Below are positions 30,523 through 39,666 of a DNA stretch of 64,000 nt, one piece after another. Numbering within the stretch: position 1 is the first letter of the stretch; each line of letters begins with the position of its first letter. The DNA is taken from NCBI GenBank assembly GCA_041649675.1, contig JBAZMQ010000004.1:16338-80337 (forward strand), written 5' to 3'. A model generated the notes under the pieces. The model worked only from the letters and a program-made list of their open reading frames with translations. It searched no databases and was not told the origin of the DNA. This DNA is from Patescibacteria group bacterium (GTDB taxonomy: Bacteria; Patescibacteriota; Patescibacteriia; Buchananbacterales; UBA6539). The translations under genes and the position numbers were made by a program.

Positions 30523-31419
30523 TTATATCATTTTTTTTAAGGCAACGATGCGTTCAGCAATTGGCGGATGAGTGGCAAAAAGACTAGCCATGAAATGTTT
30601 GCCTCGGCCAAAGGGATTGGCAATATAAAGATGAGCTGTAGCATTATTTGCCTGTTTCATTGGCATGTTTTCGGCCGCAATTTTTTCTAAGGCATTGGCT
30701 AGGCCTTGCGGATAACGTGTCAGTAAGGCGCCGGAGGCATCGGCTAAAAATTCCCGTTTGCGCGAAATTGCCAGTTGGATTAATTGGCCGATAATCGGAG
30801 AGAGAATCAATAAAATTATGCCAGCAATCATGAAAATTGCTTTCAATTTATTATCGCCATCATTGTTGTCATTTCGGCTGCCACCCCAAAACCGAATTCG
30901 GATAAACCAATCAGACAATAAAGCCATTAAGCCAACTAAAACAATGACAACGGTCATTAATAAAATGTCATAATTTTTAACGTGGGATAGTTCATGAGCA
31001 ATCACGCCTTCAAGTTCATTGTTGGCTAATTTATCAATTGCGCCAGTGGTTATTGCAATTGAGGCGTTTTGGGGATTACGACCGGTAGCAAAGGCATTGA
31101 TTGCCTGGTCTTTAATCAAATAAACTTTCGGCATTGGTAAACCGGCGGTAATGGCTAGATTTTCAACCAACCGATAAACGTAAGGACTAGTATTTTTATC
31201 AATCGGACCTTTAGCGCCGGCTTGCCATAAAGCGACTTTATCGCCGTGGAAATAACTGCCCCCAGTCATTACCAGGGAAATAATTAGGGCAATAATTAGT
31301 CCATTGTAGCCAAAATTGCTTAATTGGGAGAATGCCCAGCCAACCAAAAGTACAATAATAACAAAAATTATCATTATTAAAATTGTTTTTCTTTTATTGC
31401 TGTCAATTTGTTTATACAT
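30523..31419 (-). CDS. htpX: Zinc metalloprotease HtpX (M48)
   Basis: NAFATG, HELSH, ISRKREFLAD, LFATHPP. Confidence 0.93.
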   Translation of the reverse strand: MYKQIDSNKRKTILIMIIFVIIVLLVGWAFSQLSNFGYNGLIIALIISLVMTGGSYFHGDKVALWQAGAKGPIDKNTSPYVYRLVENLAITAGLPMPKVYLIKDQAINAFATGRNPQNASIAITTGAIDKLANNELEGVIAHELSHVKNYDILLMTVVIVLVGLMALLSDWFIRIRFWGGSRNDNNDGDNKLKAIFMIAGIILLILSPIIGQLIQLAISRKREFLADASGALLTRYPQGLANALEKIAAENMPMKQANNATAHLYIANPFGRGKHFMASLFATHPPIAERIVALKKMI

Positions 31420-31427
31420 TTTTTAGC

Positions 31428-31499
31428 GAGATAAGTTGCTAGTAGCACTTGCCTATCGGCGGGTAGGTAAGTGAGATAAGTTTAAAGTAAAACTTATCT
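31428..31499. repeat. Palindromic element flanked by gagataagtt direct repeats
   Basis: Hairpin cacttgcctat/gtaggtaagtg at 31446-31473. gagataagtt at 31428 and 31473. Second hairpin agataagttt/aaacttatct. Confidence 0.6.
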
Positions 31500-31530
31500 T
31501 TAAAGGCCTGGCAACCTAAAATTCTACAAT

Positions 31531-32085
31531 TTAGAATTTGACCGAAACGTTTTCTCGTTCAGTTTCGTCAGCCTGGAAGAAGTCAAATTTTTTGAAACCT
31601 AACATGCCAACCAATAAGTTGTTTGGAAAAACTTCAATTTGGATATTAAAGTCTCTGACATTACCATTGTAGAACCGGCGAGCAGCTTGAATTTTATTTT
31701 CCGTATCGGATAATTCTTGTTGGAGCTGCAAGAAATTTTGGGAGGCTTTTAAATCAGGATAATTTTCCGCTACAGCAAAAACTGATTTTAAAGCTTGGGA
31801 CAACATGTTTTCGGTTTGGCCCTTTTCTTCAATTCCTTGAGCATTGATGGCGGCAGTTCTGGCAGCAGTGACTTTTTCAAAAACTTCTTTTTCGTGTTGG
31901 GCATAACCTTTGACAGTTTCAATTAAATTTGGGATTAAATCATGCCGGCGCTTGAGTTGGACATCAATGTCGGCAAAAGCTTCTTGCGTCCGATTTTTTA
32001 GCCTAATTAGGCTATTAAAGACATAAATTAGCCATACCACAATAATGGCTATTACGGCTACAATTGTTAACCAAAGATTCTTCAT
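31531..32085 (-). CDS. lemA: LemA family protein
   Basis: IDVQLKRRHDLIPNL, AENYPDLKASQNF, ARRFYN. Canonical lemA-htpX pair. Confidence 0.95.
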   Translation of the reverse strand: MKNLWLTIVAVIAIIVVWLIYVFNSLIRLKNRTQEAFADIDVQLKRRHDLIPNLIETVKGYAQHEKEVFEKVTAARTAAINAQGIEEKGQTENMLSQALKSVFAVAENYPDLKASQNFLQLQQELSDTENKIQAARRFYNGNVRDFNIQIEVFPNNLLVGMLGFKKFDFFQADETERENVSVKF

Positions 32086-32284
32086 AATGGTTTTTCTCCT
32101 TGTAATTTACAACCAGGCAAGAAATTATTGCCTAGAATTAATTTTTATGTTAAAATATAGTTAGGAAATTGTTTTGGATAATATAAATTATATAATAAAG
32201 GTGAGGTTTAGTCAAAAAACAAAAGCTTAGTTTAAATATTTTCAAATTAACCCCCGAATGCATCTTGGGGAAAAAGTTAAAAAT

Positions 32285-34573
32285 ATGAAAAACTTGGGAA
32301 AATTAGCAAAAATTATTAGTTTTACCCTTTGTCTGGTGACGGTTATTTCTGTCACTTTTTTTGTTAATGGGTTGGTAGTTTTAGTCCAGGCCGCTGATAG
32401 TAATTGGCAGGAGCCTAATCAACCGCCACCGTTAGGCAATAAACCAGGTTTTATTTATAACAGTAAAGATAGTGTCCAAACGGCTGATATTAATATTAGT
32501 GGTCAGGCAACAGTAAATAAATTAATTTCAACCTGGCTTTGTTTTCCGCCGGGCAATACCACTGACTGTAAAAAAAGTTGGAATGATATTGGCGGAGCAT
32601 TTTGGGGCTCAAGTGGTGCTAATATTTATAATACTAACGGTGGTAATGTTGGAATTAATTCTAATCTACCCCAAGCCAAATTCCAAGTAACTAGCGCTGA
32701 CCCGACAATTGCTATTTTTGCCGGGAGTACAACTGGTAATCAAGCAGTTCAGATTGGTAATAGCACTGGATTCATGAATATTGGTGTTGGCGTGACTACC
32801 AAAAATCCGTATCTTTGGTCTAATAACGGTAATTTATTTATTGGTGATGATGCTAATCCGACTTTATTTATTCAAGGAATGAACAATGGTAAAGTTGCCA
32901 TTGGCACCACTCAATTAACCGGTCTTTATAAATTTATAGTAATGTCTGGTACTACTCAGGGAGCCTATGTCCAAAACAGCCAGGGCACGCAAGGCTATTT
33001 AGCCGAAGGCAAGAGAGGAATAAGAGGTCAGTCTTTGGGCGCGGACGGTATTGGTGTTGAAGGTTTTACTGACAATGGTAAGGCAGTTATTGGTACTGTT
33101 TCTGGTACTGGTTGGTCCGGCTATTTTGACGGTGGCCAGGGAGTTTATGTTAATAAAAGAATTACTTTTCCCAGATATGCTGCCACTGGTTATGACGGCC
33201 AAAATTTAATTGAAACACTCAATGATCCTTCGGGTTATAATGTTAATAATTTGGATTTAGCGATTGCGGCCCAAAGGAATTTATATCTTTTGATGAATGA
33301 ACAGCCTTATAATTTGATGGCCGGAGTGGGTGATTTAGTTATCTCTAGAGACTCGGCTGGTTGGGCCGAATCCAATCCTTATTTAGTGGTAAAAAATGGT
33401 GGTAATGTTGGTATTGGCGTAAGAAATCCAAGCGTTAATCTTGAAGTCAAAGGAAAAGTTCAAATTGATGGATCTGGCGGTGTGACTTCCTTAACTTCAA
33501 CCGGTGGCCATAGTTGGTTTGGTGGCACAATGGATGTAGGCAATGTTCCTATTTGGTTAAGGGGTAGTGATCAAAATGGCGGCACTATTGCTTTGATTAT
33601 TCGGAATAATAACTCGGATAAAGTTGCTGGTACTACTGCTAATGCTTCTAAAAATGGTGATTTGATGTTTTCACCAAAAAATAACAGCAATGATATGTGG
33701 GGTTTTAGAACAGTAGAAGATGGTAATAATAAGGTTACCTTTCAGCTTGGATCAAATTTTTCTGGTCTCTCATTTCTTCCTGTGTTGACTGTTGGTAATG
33801 ATATAATTAATAGTATAGCTTACGGATCGTTAGGCTTAAATACTACTAGCTTTGATTATAGAAATGCTATGAATGTTGTTGGGCGTAATAGTGCAATTGA
33901 AGCCTCGGTCAGTGCCGGTAGCTATAGCAGCACTTTTGTTTTGGACCCTAATAATTGGAATCGGGCGGGTCATTTTAAAATCACCAACACTTCTTATCCA
34001 GCCGAGGTCTATCTGGCTACTTCGCCCTATAGTTCAAGTTATAATTATGGTGTTTGGGCTTCCGGCACAGCGGCTGGTTTATATGGTCAGGGACCGATTT
34101 ATGGTGTAGTTGGCCAATCTTATTATGGCGGTGTTGGTGTCAAAGGATTAAGCAATTGTGACACTGCTGGCTCAGAAGATAGTTGTAATAATGCTACAGC
34201 AATTTCCGCCGAGGGTACGGGTTATGCCGATGCTTTAAATGCTACGGTTAAAGCCTATTATAATTATGACGGAGAAGGCGGGCCAGTTAACTATGCCTTC
34301 CAACCAAATTCATATACGGCCGAAACTGCTGCAGTTAGGGTAACCAATGAATGGTCAAATGGCTGGGGAGTTTATTCTAATGGTAATAAAAATTTATTTG
34401 GTGGAATTACTTTAAATAAGGCCAACGCTACAATCAGCGCCAATACTAATTGTGCTGACTATGGCGCCGGAACGATGTTATATTCACTTAATACTGCCGG
34501 GACTATTGGCCATTTTTACGGCTGTGTCCAAACCGCTGCTAATACTTTTCGCTGGAAGCAGTTAGATAATTAG
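32285..34573 (+). CDS. Secreted Gly/Asn-rich beta-fibre-like protein
   Basis: Signal peptide ending VQA, WQEP..PPP.GN motif, repeated GNVGI/GKVAIG and GV.G units. Alternative start at 32258. Confidence 0.65.
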   Translation: MKNLGKLAKIISFTLCLVTVISVTFFVNGLVVLVQAADSNWQEPNQPPPLGNKPGFIYNSKDSVQTADINISGQATVNKLISTWLCFPPGNTTDCKKSWNDIGGAFWGSSGANIYNTNGGNVGINSNLPQAKFQVTSADPTIAIFAGSTTGNQAVQIGNSTGFMNIGVGVTTKNPYLWSNNGNLFIGDDANPTLFIQGMNNGKVAIGTTQLTGLYKFIVMSGTTQGAYVQNSQGTQGYLAEGKRGIRGQSLGADGIGVEGFTDNGKAVIGTVSGTGWSGYFDGGQGVYVNKRITFPRYAATGYDGQNLIETLNDPSGYNVNNLDLAIAAQRNLYLLMNEQPYNLMAGVGDLVISRDSAGWAESNPYLVVKNGGNVGIGVRNPSVNLEVKGKVQIDGSGGVTSLTSTGGHSWFGGTMDVGNVPIWLRGSDQNGGTIALIIRNNNSDKVAGTTANASKNGDLMFSPKNNSNDMWGFRTVEDGNNKVTFQLGSNFSGLSFLPVLTVGNDIINSIAYGSLGLNTTSFDYRNAMNVVGRNSAIEASVSAGSYSSTFVLDPNNWNRAGHFKITNTSYPAEVYLATSPYSSSYNYGVWASGTAAGLYGQGPIYGVVGQSYYGGVGVKGLSNCDTAGSEDSCNNATAISAEGTGYADALNATVKAYYNYDGEGGPVNYAFQPNSYTAETAAVRVTNEWSNGWGVYSNGNKNLFGGITLNKANATISANTNCADYGAGTMLYSLNTAGTIGHFYGCVQTAANTFRWKQLDN

Positions 34574-34585
34574 GTTATTTCCAAT

Positions 34586-36259
34586 ATGACCAAAAGGGTT
34601 AGTTTAATTACTTTTTTTCTGTTGGTTCTTGGTTTAAGTACCCTGGTTTGGTATCAGGCTCAAGCGGCTAATCCGCCTAAAACATTTTGCGGCGATGGTA
34701 AAATTCAATCACCAAACAGCGATGGTTTGTATGAAAAATGTGATGACCAGGGTGATAGTTCTAAATGTACAGCCAGTTGCGGCCAAAAAATGTTGGGTTG
34801 GGCTTGGTCATATAATTTTGGCTGGTTGTCATTAAACAATAAGTCCTGTGATTTCTTAGATCCGATTGTCCCAGCTGGCATTTGTGGTCAGTCTGATATT
34901 ACTTACTATGTTCAAATTGATGCTTCTAACCAGGTAAAAGGTTTTGCTTGGTCTAATAATTTAGGTTGGATTTGTTTTGGTGCAACTTGTAATTCTGACA
35001 CCAATCAGACAGATAATATTTGCCAATTTGCTTCTAGCCAGGGTTTGCCTTGTAATGCCAATGATTACGGTATTCAAACGCCACCGGGCGGGGCTTGGCA
35101 GGCCTATATTCAAAATGCTTTGACTGATAATCCGCCAGTCTTGGGCTGGGCCAAAATTATTAGCTTGGGTGATGATGGTATAATTTCTTTAAGTTGCTCA
35201 ACTTGTACTTATAATTATCAAACGAATTTAATCTTAAAAGATTTTAAAAGCGGGTCAAGCGTTGAGCAGCGTTTAACTCTCAAGGGCTGGGCTTGGAATG
35301 ATAATTCGCAAGGAAACGGTTTGGGTTGGATTGAGTTTAATCCAGAAATTTTAGCCGCTTCGCCCTGGCTTCAGACTAAATACGGCGATGTTTATTCTCG
35401 AGGTGGTTTACAAGCCATTCAAGAGGCGCCTGATTATAATGCGACTTATCAAATTTTAGCCGGTGGCGACATTGTTAATTTCCGATCAGCTCGTTTATTG
35501 GTTGATCCTTACTCCGGTTTTATCAATTTTCCTACTGCTGCTACCCGTTATTCAAATGTCTTGGGTAAATTGGACGTTGGCAGTTTGCTTTGCAGTATTC
35601 CCAGCGGTAATACTTCTTGCATTAATCAGTACGGCAATACAGTCGTCAAATTAAATCCGTTGTCACAGTTGCCACCAGAGATTTTGGCCGGAAAAATTTA
35701 TTACTATGACGGTTCAGTTGATATTTCACAACTTTTAGCATTCAAGAATGGCACTAATTTTGTTAACGGTTCGGGAACAATTATTGTCAATGGCAATTTA
35801 ACAATTAATAATAACATTGTTTATTTCTGTGATGAAGCGGGCAATACCAATGATCCAGTTTGTACTTCTAATAAGTTTAGGAACTTAGCTTCAATCGCTT
35901 GGATTGTTAAAGGAGATTTATTGGTTGGTCCAAACGTTGATAAATTGGCCGGTAACTTCGTTATTATTGGTGATGGTAAAGATTGCAATGCTGACCAGAA
36001 TGTTAAAGTTAATTATTGCGGCCAAATTTACAGCTGCTATAACGGAGCGGATTGCAGCAAGCGCTTAACAGTTTCTGGGCTAATGATGGCCAAGAAATTT
36101 TATTTCAGCCGTACCTATGTTTCGCCGCCCCAGGAAATTCCGGCCCAAGGTTCAGAAGTTATTAATTATGATGGTCGTTTATTGGCCAATACTCCGCCCG
36201 GTTTAGGTAATTTCGTTCAAGCTTTGCCAATTTGGCGGACTGGTACGCTTAGTCAGTAA
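34586..36259 (+). CDS. Secreted Cys-rich protein with GWAW..GW repeats and a beta-helix-like C-terminus
   Basis: Signal peptide ending AQA. Repeats GWAWSYNFGW, GFAWSNNLGW, GWAW...GLGW. Directly upstream of pilM. Confidence 0.7.
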   Translation: MTKRVSLITFFLLVLGLSTLVWYQAQAANPPKTFCGDGKIQSPNSDGLYEKCDDQGDSSKCTASCGQKMLGWAWSYNFGWLSLNNKSCDFLDPIVPAGICGQSDITYYVQIDASNQVKGFAWSNNLGWICFGATCNSDTNQTDNICQFASSQGLPCNANDYGIQTPPGGAWQAYIQNALTDNPPVLGWAKIISLGDDGIISLSCSTCTYNYQTNLILKDFKSGSSVEQRLTLKGWAWNDNSQGNGLGWIEFNPEILAASPWLQTKYGDVYSRGGLQAIQEAPDYNATYQILAGGDIVNFRSARLLVDPYSGFINFPTAATRYSNVLGKLDVGSLLCSIPSGNTSCINQYGNTVVKLNPLSQLPPEILAGKIYYYDGSVDISQLLAFKNGTNFVNGSGTIIVNGNLTINNNIVYFCDEAGNTNDPVCTSNKFRNLASIAWIVKGDLLVGPNVDKLAGNFVIIGDGKDCNADQNVKVNYCGQIYSCYNGADCSKRLTVSGLMMAKKFYFSRTYVSPPQEIPAQGSEVINYDGRLLANTPPGLGNFVQALPIWRTGTLSQ

Positions 36260-36360
36260 TTGAAAAAATCAAGGTGAGTCATTTGTATGTTATACTTAAG
36301 AAAGAAGGACAAGACTTTTAAGGTCAGTCTTTGGACTAAAAGTCCAATTAATTAAAGATT

Positions 36361-37503
36361 ATGCCTTTATTCTCTTCGCCCCAAAGCTATTTAGGTGTTG
36401 ATTTTGACTCTAATAGCATTAAAATAGTTGAATTAAAAAATGAAGGCGGGCGCCCACGATTGGTGACCTATGGTTATCTTGATAAAGAGATAGATAAAAC
36501 CATTAGCGAAAACGGTAAAGATGTTTCGGCCGAAACCGCTAAATTAATTAAAGAAATCTGTCACCAAGCCAAAACCACGACTACTAAAGTAATTACTGCC
36601 TTGCCTGCTTTTTCAGTTTTTAGTTCAATTTTGAATTTGCCGATAATGTCAAAGAAAGATTTGGCCACCGCGGTTAAATGGGAAGCAAAAAAAGTTATCC
36701 CTTTGCCATTGGAAGAAATGATTTTAGATTGGAAATTATTGGAAGATTTGCCAGTTAACCAAATCGCTGACACCAGTAAAGGCCAAGAAAATGGTCAAGA
36801 AAATGGCGATGCAGAATTAAAAAAAGGCGGATTTTTAAAAATATCTGGCCAAACTAAAAGTAAATATTTGAAGGTTTTGCTGACTGCCGCCCCTAAAGAT
36901 TTAGTTAAACGTTATATTGATATTTTTAAAGCGGCTGGGTTAAATTTGTTAAGCCTAGACACGGAATCATTTGCTTTAATCCGTTCGTTGGTTGGTAACG
37001 ATAAATCAGCTTTAATGATTGTTGATGTTGGTTCGGTGGTAACTAATATTTCGGTTGTGGTCAACAGTATTCCGATTTTGAATCGCAGCATTGACGTTGG
37101 TGGTCTAACTATCACTAAGGCGATTGCCAACAGCCTGAATGTTAATTTAGCCAGAGCGGAACAGTTTAAGTATGATATTGGCATGAGCCCGGATCGGGTG
37201 GGCCAGGGCAGCGTACCTAAAACTATTGAAAATACCTTAACACCGATTGTGGATGAAATACGTTATAGTTTAAATCTTTATCGGAATCAGGGCCAAAAGA
37301 GTATTGAAAAAATAATTTTAACCGGCGGATCTTCCTTATTGCTTAATTTACCGGTTTATTTATCTAATTTATTAGGCTTAAGAGTATTTTTAGGTGATCC
37401 TTGGGCTAGAGTAATGTACCCCGAGGAGTTAAAGCCAGTCTTGGATGAAATTGGTCCGCGTTATTCAGTCACAATCGGACTGGCGATGAGAGATATTGAA
37501 TAA
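36361..37503 (+). CDS. pilM: Type IV pilus assembly protein PilM
   Basis: Actin-like motifs LGVDF..NSIKIVEL, VDVG, ILTGGSS, IGLAMR. Confidence 0.93.
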   Translation: MPLFSSPQSYLGVDFDSNSIKIVELKNEGGRPRLVTYGYLDKEIDKTISENGKDVSAETAKLIKEICHQAKTTTTKVITALPAFSVFSSILNLPIMSKKDLATAVKWEAKKVIPLPLEEMILDWKLLEDLPVNQIADTSKGQENGQENGDAELKKGGFLKISGQTKSKYLKVLLTAAPKDLVKRYIDIFKAAGLNLLSLDTESFALIRSLVGNDKSALMIVDVGSVVTNISVVVNSIPILNRSIDVGGLTITKAIANSLNVNLARAEQFKYDIGMSPDRVGQGSVPKTIENTLTPIVDEIRYSLNLYRNQGQKSIEKIILTGGSSLLLNLPVYLSNLLGLRVFLGDPWARVMYPEELKPVLDEIGPRYSVTIGLAMRDIE

Positions 37504-37511
37504 TAATTATT

Positions 37512-38708
37512 ATGGCAGAGATAAATCTTTTACCAAGTGATTTGAGAGAAAAGGAACAAAAAGAATTGGAAACGGCTAGAAAAAAGTCGAGGCCGGTTAA
37601 TATTGAATTAACTAATCCAAAAATTGAAAAGCTGAAAGAACCGGCTTATGCCGCACCCAGGCAGTCTATTCTAAGCCGTCTTTTTGCTAAAAAAATTGAG
37701 ACACCAAAATCATTATCATCTTTCCCTAATCAAGAACGCCAAAAACCGATTGAAAAAATGCCTAAAGTGGCGGAGAAAAATTTTCATATCCCAAGTTTAC
37801 CAATTGAGAAATCAAAAGTGAGAATTGATTTATCGGGTAATGAAGATGCCACTGCTCAGAAAGAAACGTTTGAGACTGATTACAAATTATTTAATGATGA
37901 ATCCGGCAAAGATAAAGTCAACGAGAAAAAAGAAGATCAGGTAAAGATTGAGTTGAATAAATTGCCACCAAAGAAGAAATCATTCAGTTTTAGTGGTTTA
38001 TTTTTTGGTAAAAAGATTAAGTCTGAAGATGACAGATCAAAACCAGTCGGTAATTTTGTCGCCAGAGAGAAGAAGGCTGGGAAAGTAAAAAATAAAAGTA
38101 GGGGTTTTAAAAGGGAAAAGACGGATATTTTGGACGTAAATTTAATTCCAGCCGAATTAGGCAAACGGCCCGAGTTGGAATTAGGCAAAAGACTATTTGC
38201 TTCCGGTGCTGTTATTCTTGGGTTTATTTTGTTAATTGCTGCAGGGTATTTGGGAATCACTTGGTACCAGGTTAAAGTTACTCAAGACATTAGCGGCGTT
38301 GAATCTAGAATTGAGACATTAGATCAAGAAATTGTTCAATATGAAAAAGATAAACAGGTTGCTTTAGACATGCAGCAAAGTCTAGAATCAGTCCGGCAAC
38401 TTTTGAATCAGCATGTCTATTGGACTAATTTTTTCAATTTGTTGGAAAAAAATACTATTGGTGAAGTGAAATATGTCAATTTTTCTATGGCCGGCCAGAA
38501 TAAATTAGTTATTTCGGCCTTTGGCAAAGATTATCATTCAGTCGCTAAACAATTGATTGCTTTTCAAAAAGCCACTGATTTTGTTAAAAACGTAAAAATT
38601 GACGCGGCTTCAGCCGAAATTGATCCTGAAACTGGCAATTATACCGGTGTTAATTTTAATATTGATTTAGAGTTTCAGCCTAATGTATTTTTAAAGCCGA
38701 TTGAATAG
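37512..38708 (+). CDS. pilN: PilN-like protein with a long N-terminal charged extension
   Basis: INLLP motif, single TM helix, coiled coil, position after pilM. Confidence 0.75.
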   Translation: MAEINLLPSDLREKEQKELETARKKSRPVNIELTNPKIEKLKEPAYAAPRQSILSRLFAKKIETPKSLSSFPNQERQKPIEKMPKVAEKNFHIPSLPIEKSKVRIDLSGNEDATAQKETFETDYKLFNDESGKDKVNEKKEDQVKIELNKLPPKKKSFSFSGLFFGKKIKSEDDRSKPVGNFVAREKKAGKVKNKSRGFKREKTDILDVNLIPAELGKRPELELGKRLFASGAVILGFILLIAAGYLGITWYQVKVTQDISGVESRIETLDQEIVQYEKDKQVALDMQQSLESVRQLLNQHVYWTNFFNLLEKNTIGEVKYVNFSMAGQNKLVISAFGKDYHSVAKQLIAFQKATDFVKNVKIDAASAEIDPETGNYTGVNFNIDLEFQPNVFLKPIE

Positions 38709-38725
38709 CATTAATAATAAATATC

Positions 38726-39334
38726 ATGGCCGAAGTTAAAGATGAAAAAAATAAAAAAGATCTGCAGCTGAAATTAGCGGTTTTGCGGTACTATAAATTG
38801 GTTACAGTTCTTTTGCTTATTGTCATTGGTACTTTAAGCTACTATTTTATTTTAGAACCAAAATATCAGGCCGTTGGTATTGGTGGCAAATATAATTTGG
38901 ACACTCTGAATCAAGATTTGAACAAAAGGCAGAATTATTTAAGCAATTTACAGAAATTGATAGCTAATTATCAAAAAATTAGTCAGGAACAGGTAGCCAA
39001 GCTTAGTGAAATTTTGCCACCGAAAGAGGATATTCCGGATCTTTTTATCCAATTGCAGAATTTAGCCCAAGAACAAAATCTTTTATTATCAAGTATTAGC
39101 ATCAATGAAGTGCCAGACACGGCCCAAGCCAAAAATGCCAACAGCCAAATTAAAAAATTAAGTATTAGTTTGAACCTAATTGGTGGTAAGGGTGATAGCT
39201 ATAGTGAGATCAAACAATTTCTAGCGGCTTTGGAATATAATTTGCGCTTGTTTGATGTTAACTCTGTTTATTTTAGCCCTGATTCCCCAAGCTATACTAT
39301 CAACATCTTTACTTATTATTACAAGAAAGGCTAG
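38726..39334 (+). CDS. pilO: PilO-like protein
   Basis: TM helix, coiled coil, LPPKEDIPDL, Y..IKQFL..LE...RLFDV. Confidence 0.85.
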   Translation: MAEVKDEKNKKDLQLKLAVLRYYKLVTVLLLIVIGTLSYYFILEPKYQAVGIGGKYNLDTLNQDLNKRQNYLSNLQKLIANYQKISQEQVAKLSEILPPKEDIPDLFIQLQNLAQEQNLLLSSISINEVPDTAQAKNANSQIKKLSISLNLIGGKGDSYSEIKQFLAALEYNLRLFDVNSVYFSPDSPSYTINIFTYYYKKG

Positions 39335-39342
39335 ATTAGCAT

Positions 39343-39627
39343 ATGCTTGTCCCTAAAAAAATGACGAGAATAAAAAAAGCAATACTAGTTTTGGTTAGTA
39401 TTGGGCTTTTGGCAGTCATTGGTTATTTAGTCTATGACAATTTTATTGCTAATCCAAAAATAATCAGTACCAATATTAGCGGCAAGCGAATTCAGGTAAT
39501 CAATATTACCACTATTCAGCCTAATTTTTCCGATGATTTTTTACTTAAGTCGCCCTATACCAATCTCCAATCCCATTCACAGCCAATAATGATTGATAAT
39601 CTTGGTCGGGCAAATCCATTCCAATAA
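39343..39627 (+). CDS. Small membrane protein, truncated PilP-like
   Basis: TM helix and C-terminal GRANPF, resembling the RxPF motif of PilP. Position after pilO. Confidence 0.6.
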   Translation: MLVPKKMTRIKKAILVLVSIGLLAVIGYLVYDNFIANPKIISTNISGKRIQVINITTIQPNFSDDFLLKSPYTNLQSHSQPIMIDNLGRANPFQ

Positions 39628-39666
39628 TATTGGTGCCTAAAAATCTTTTAACCCAATCAATAATTA

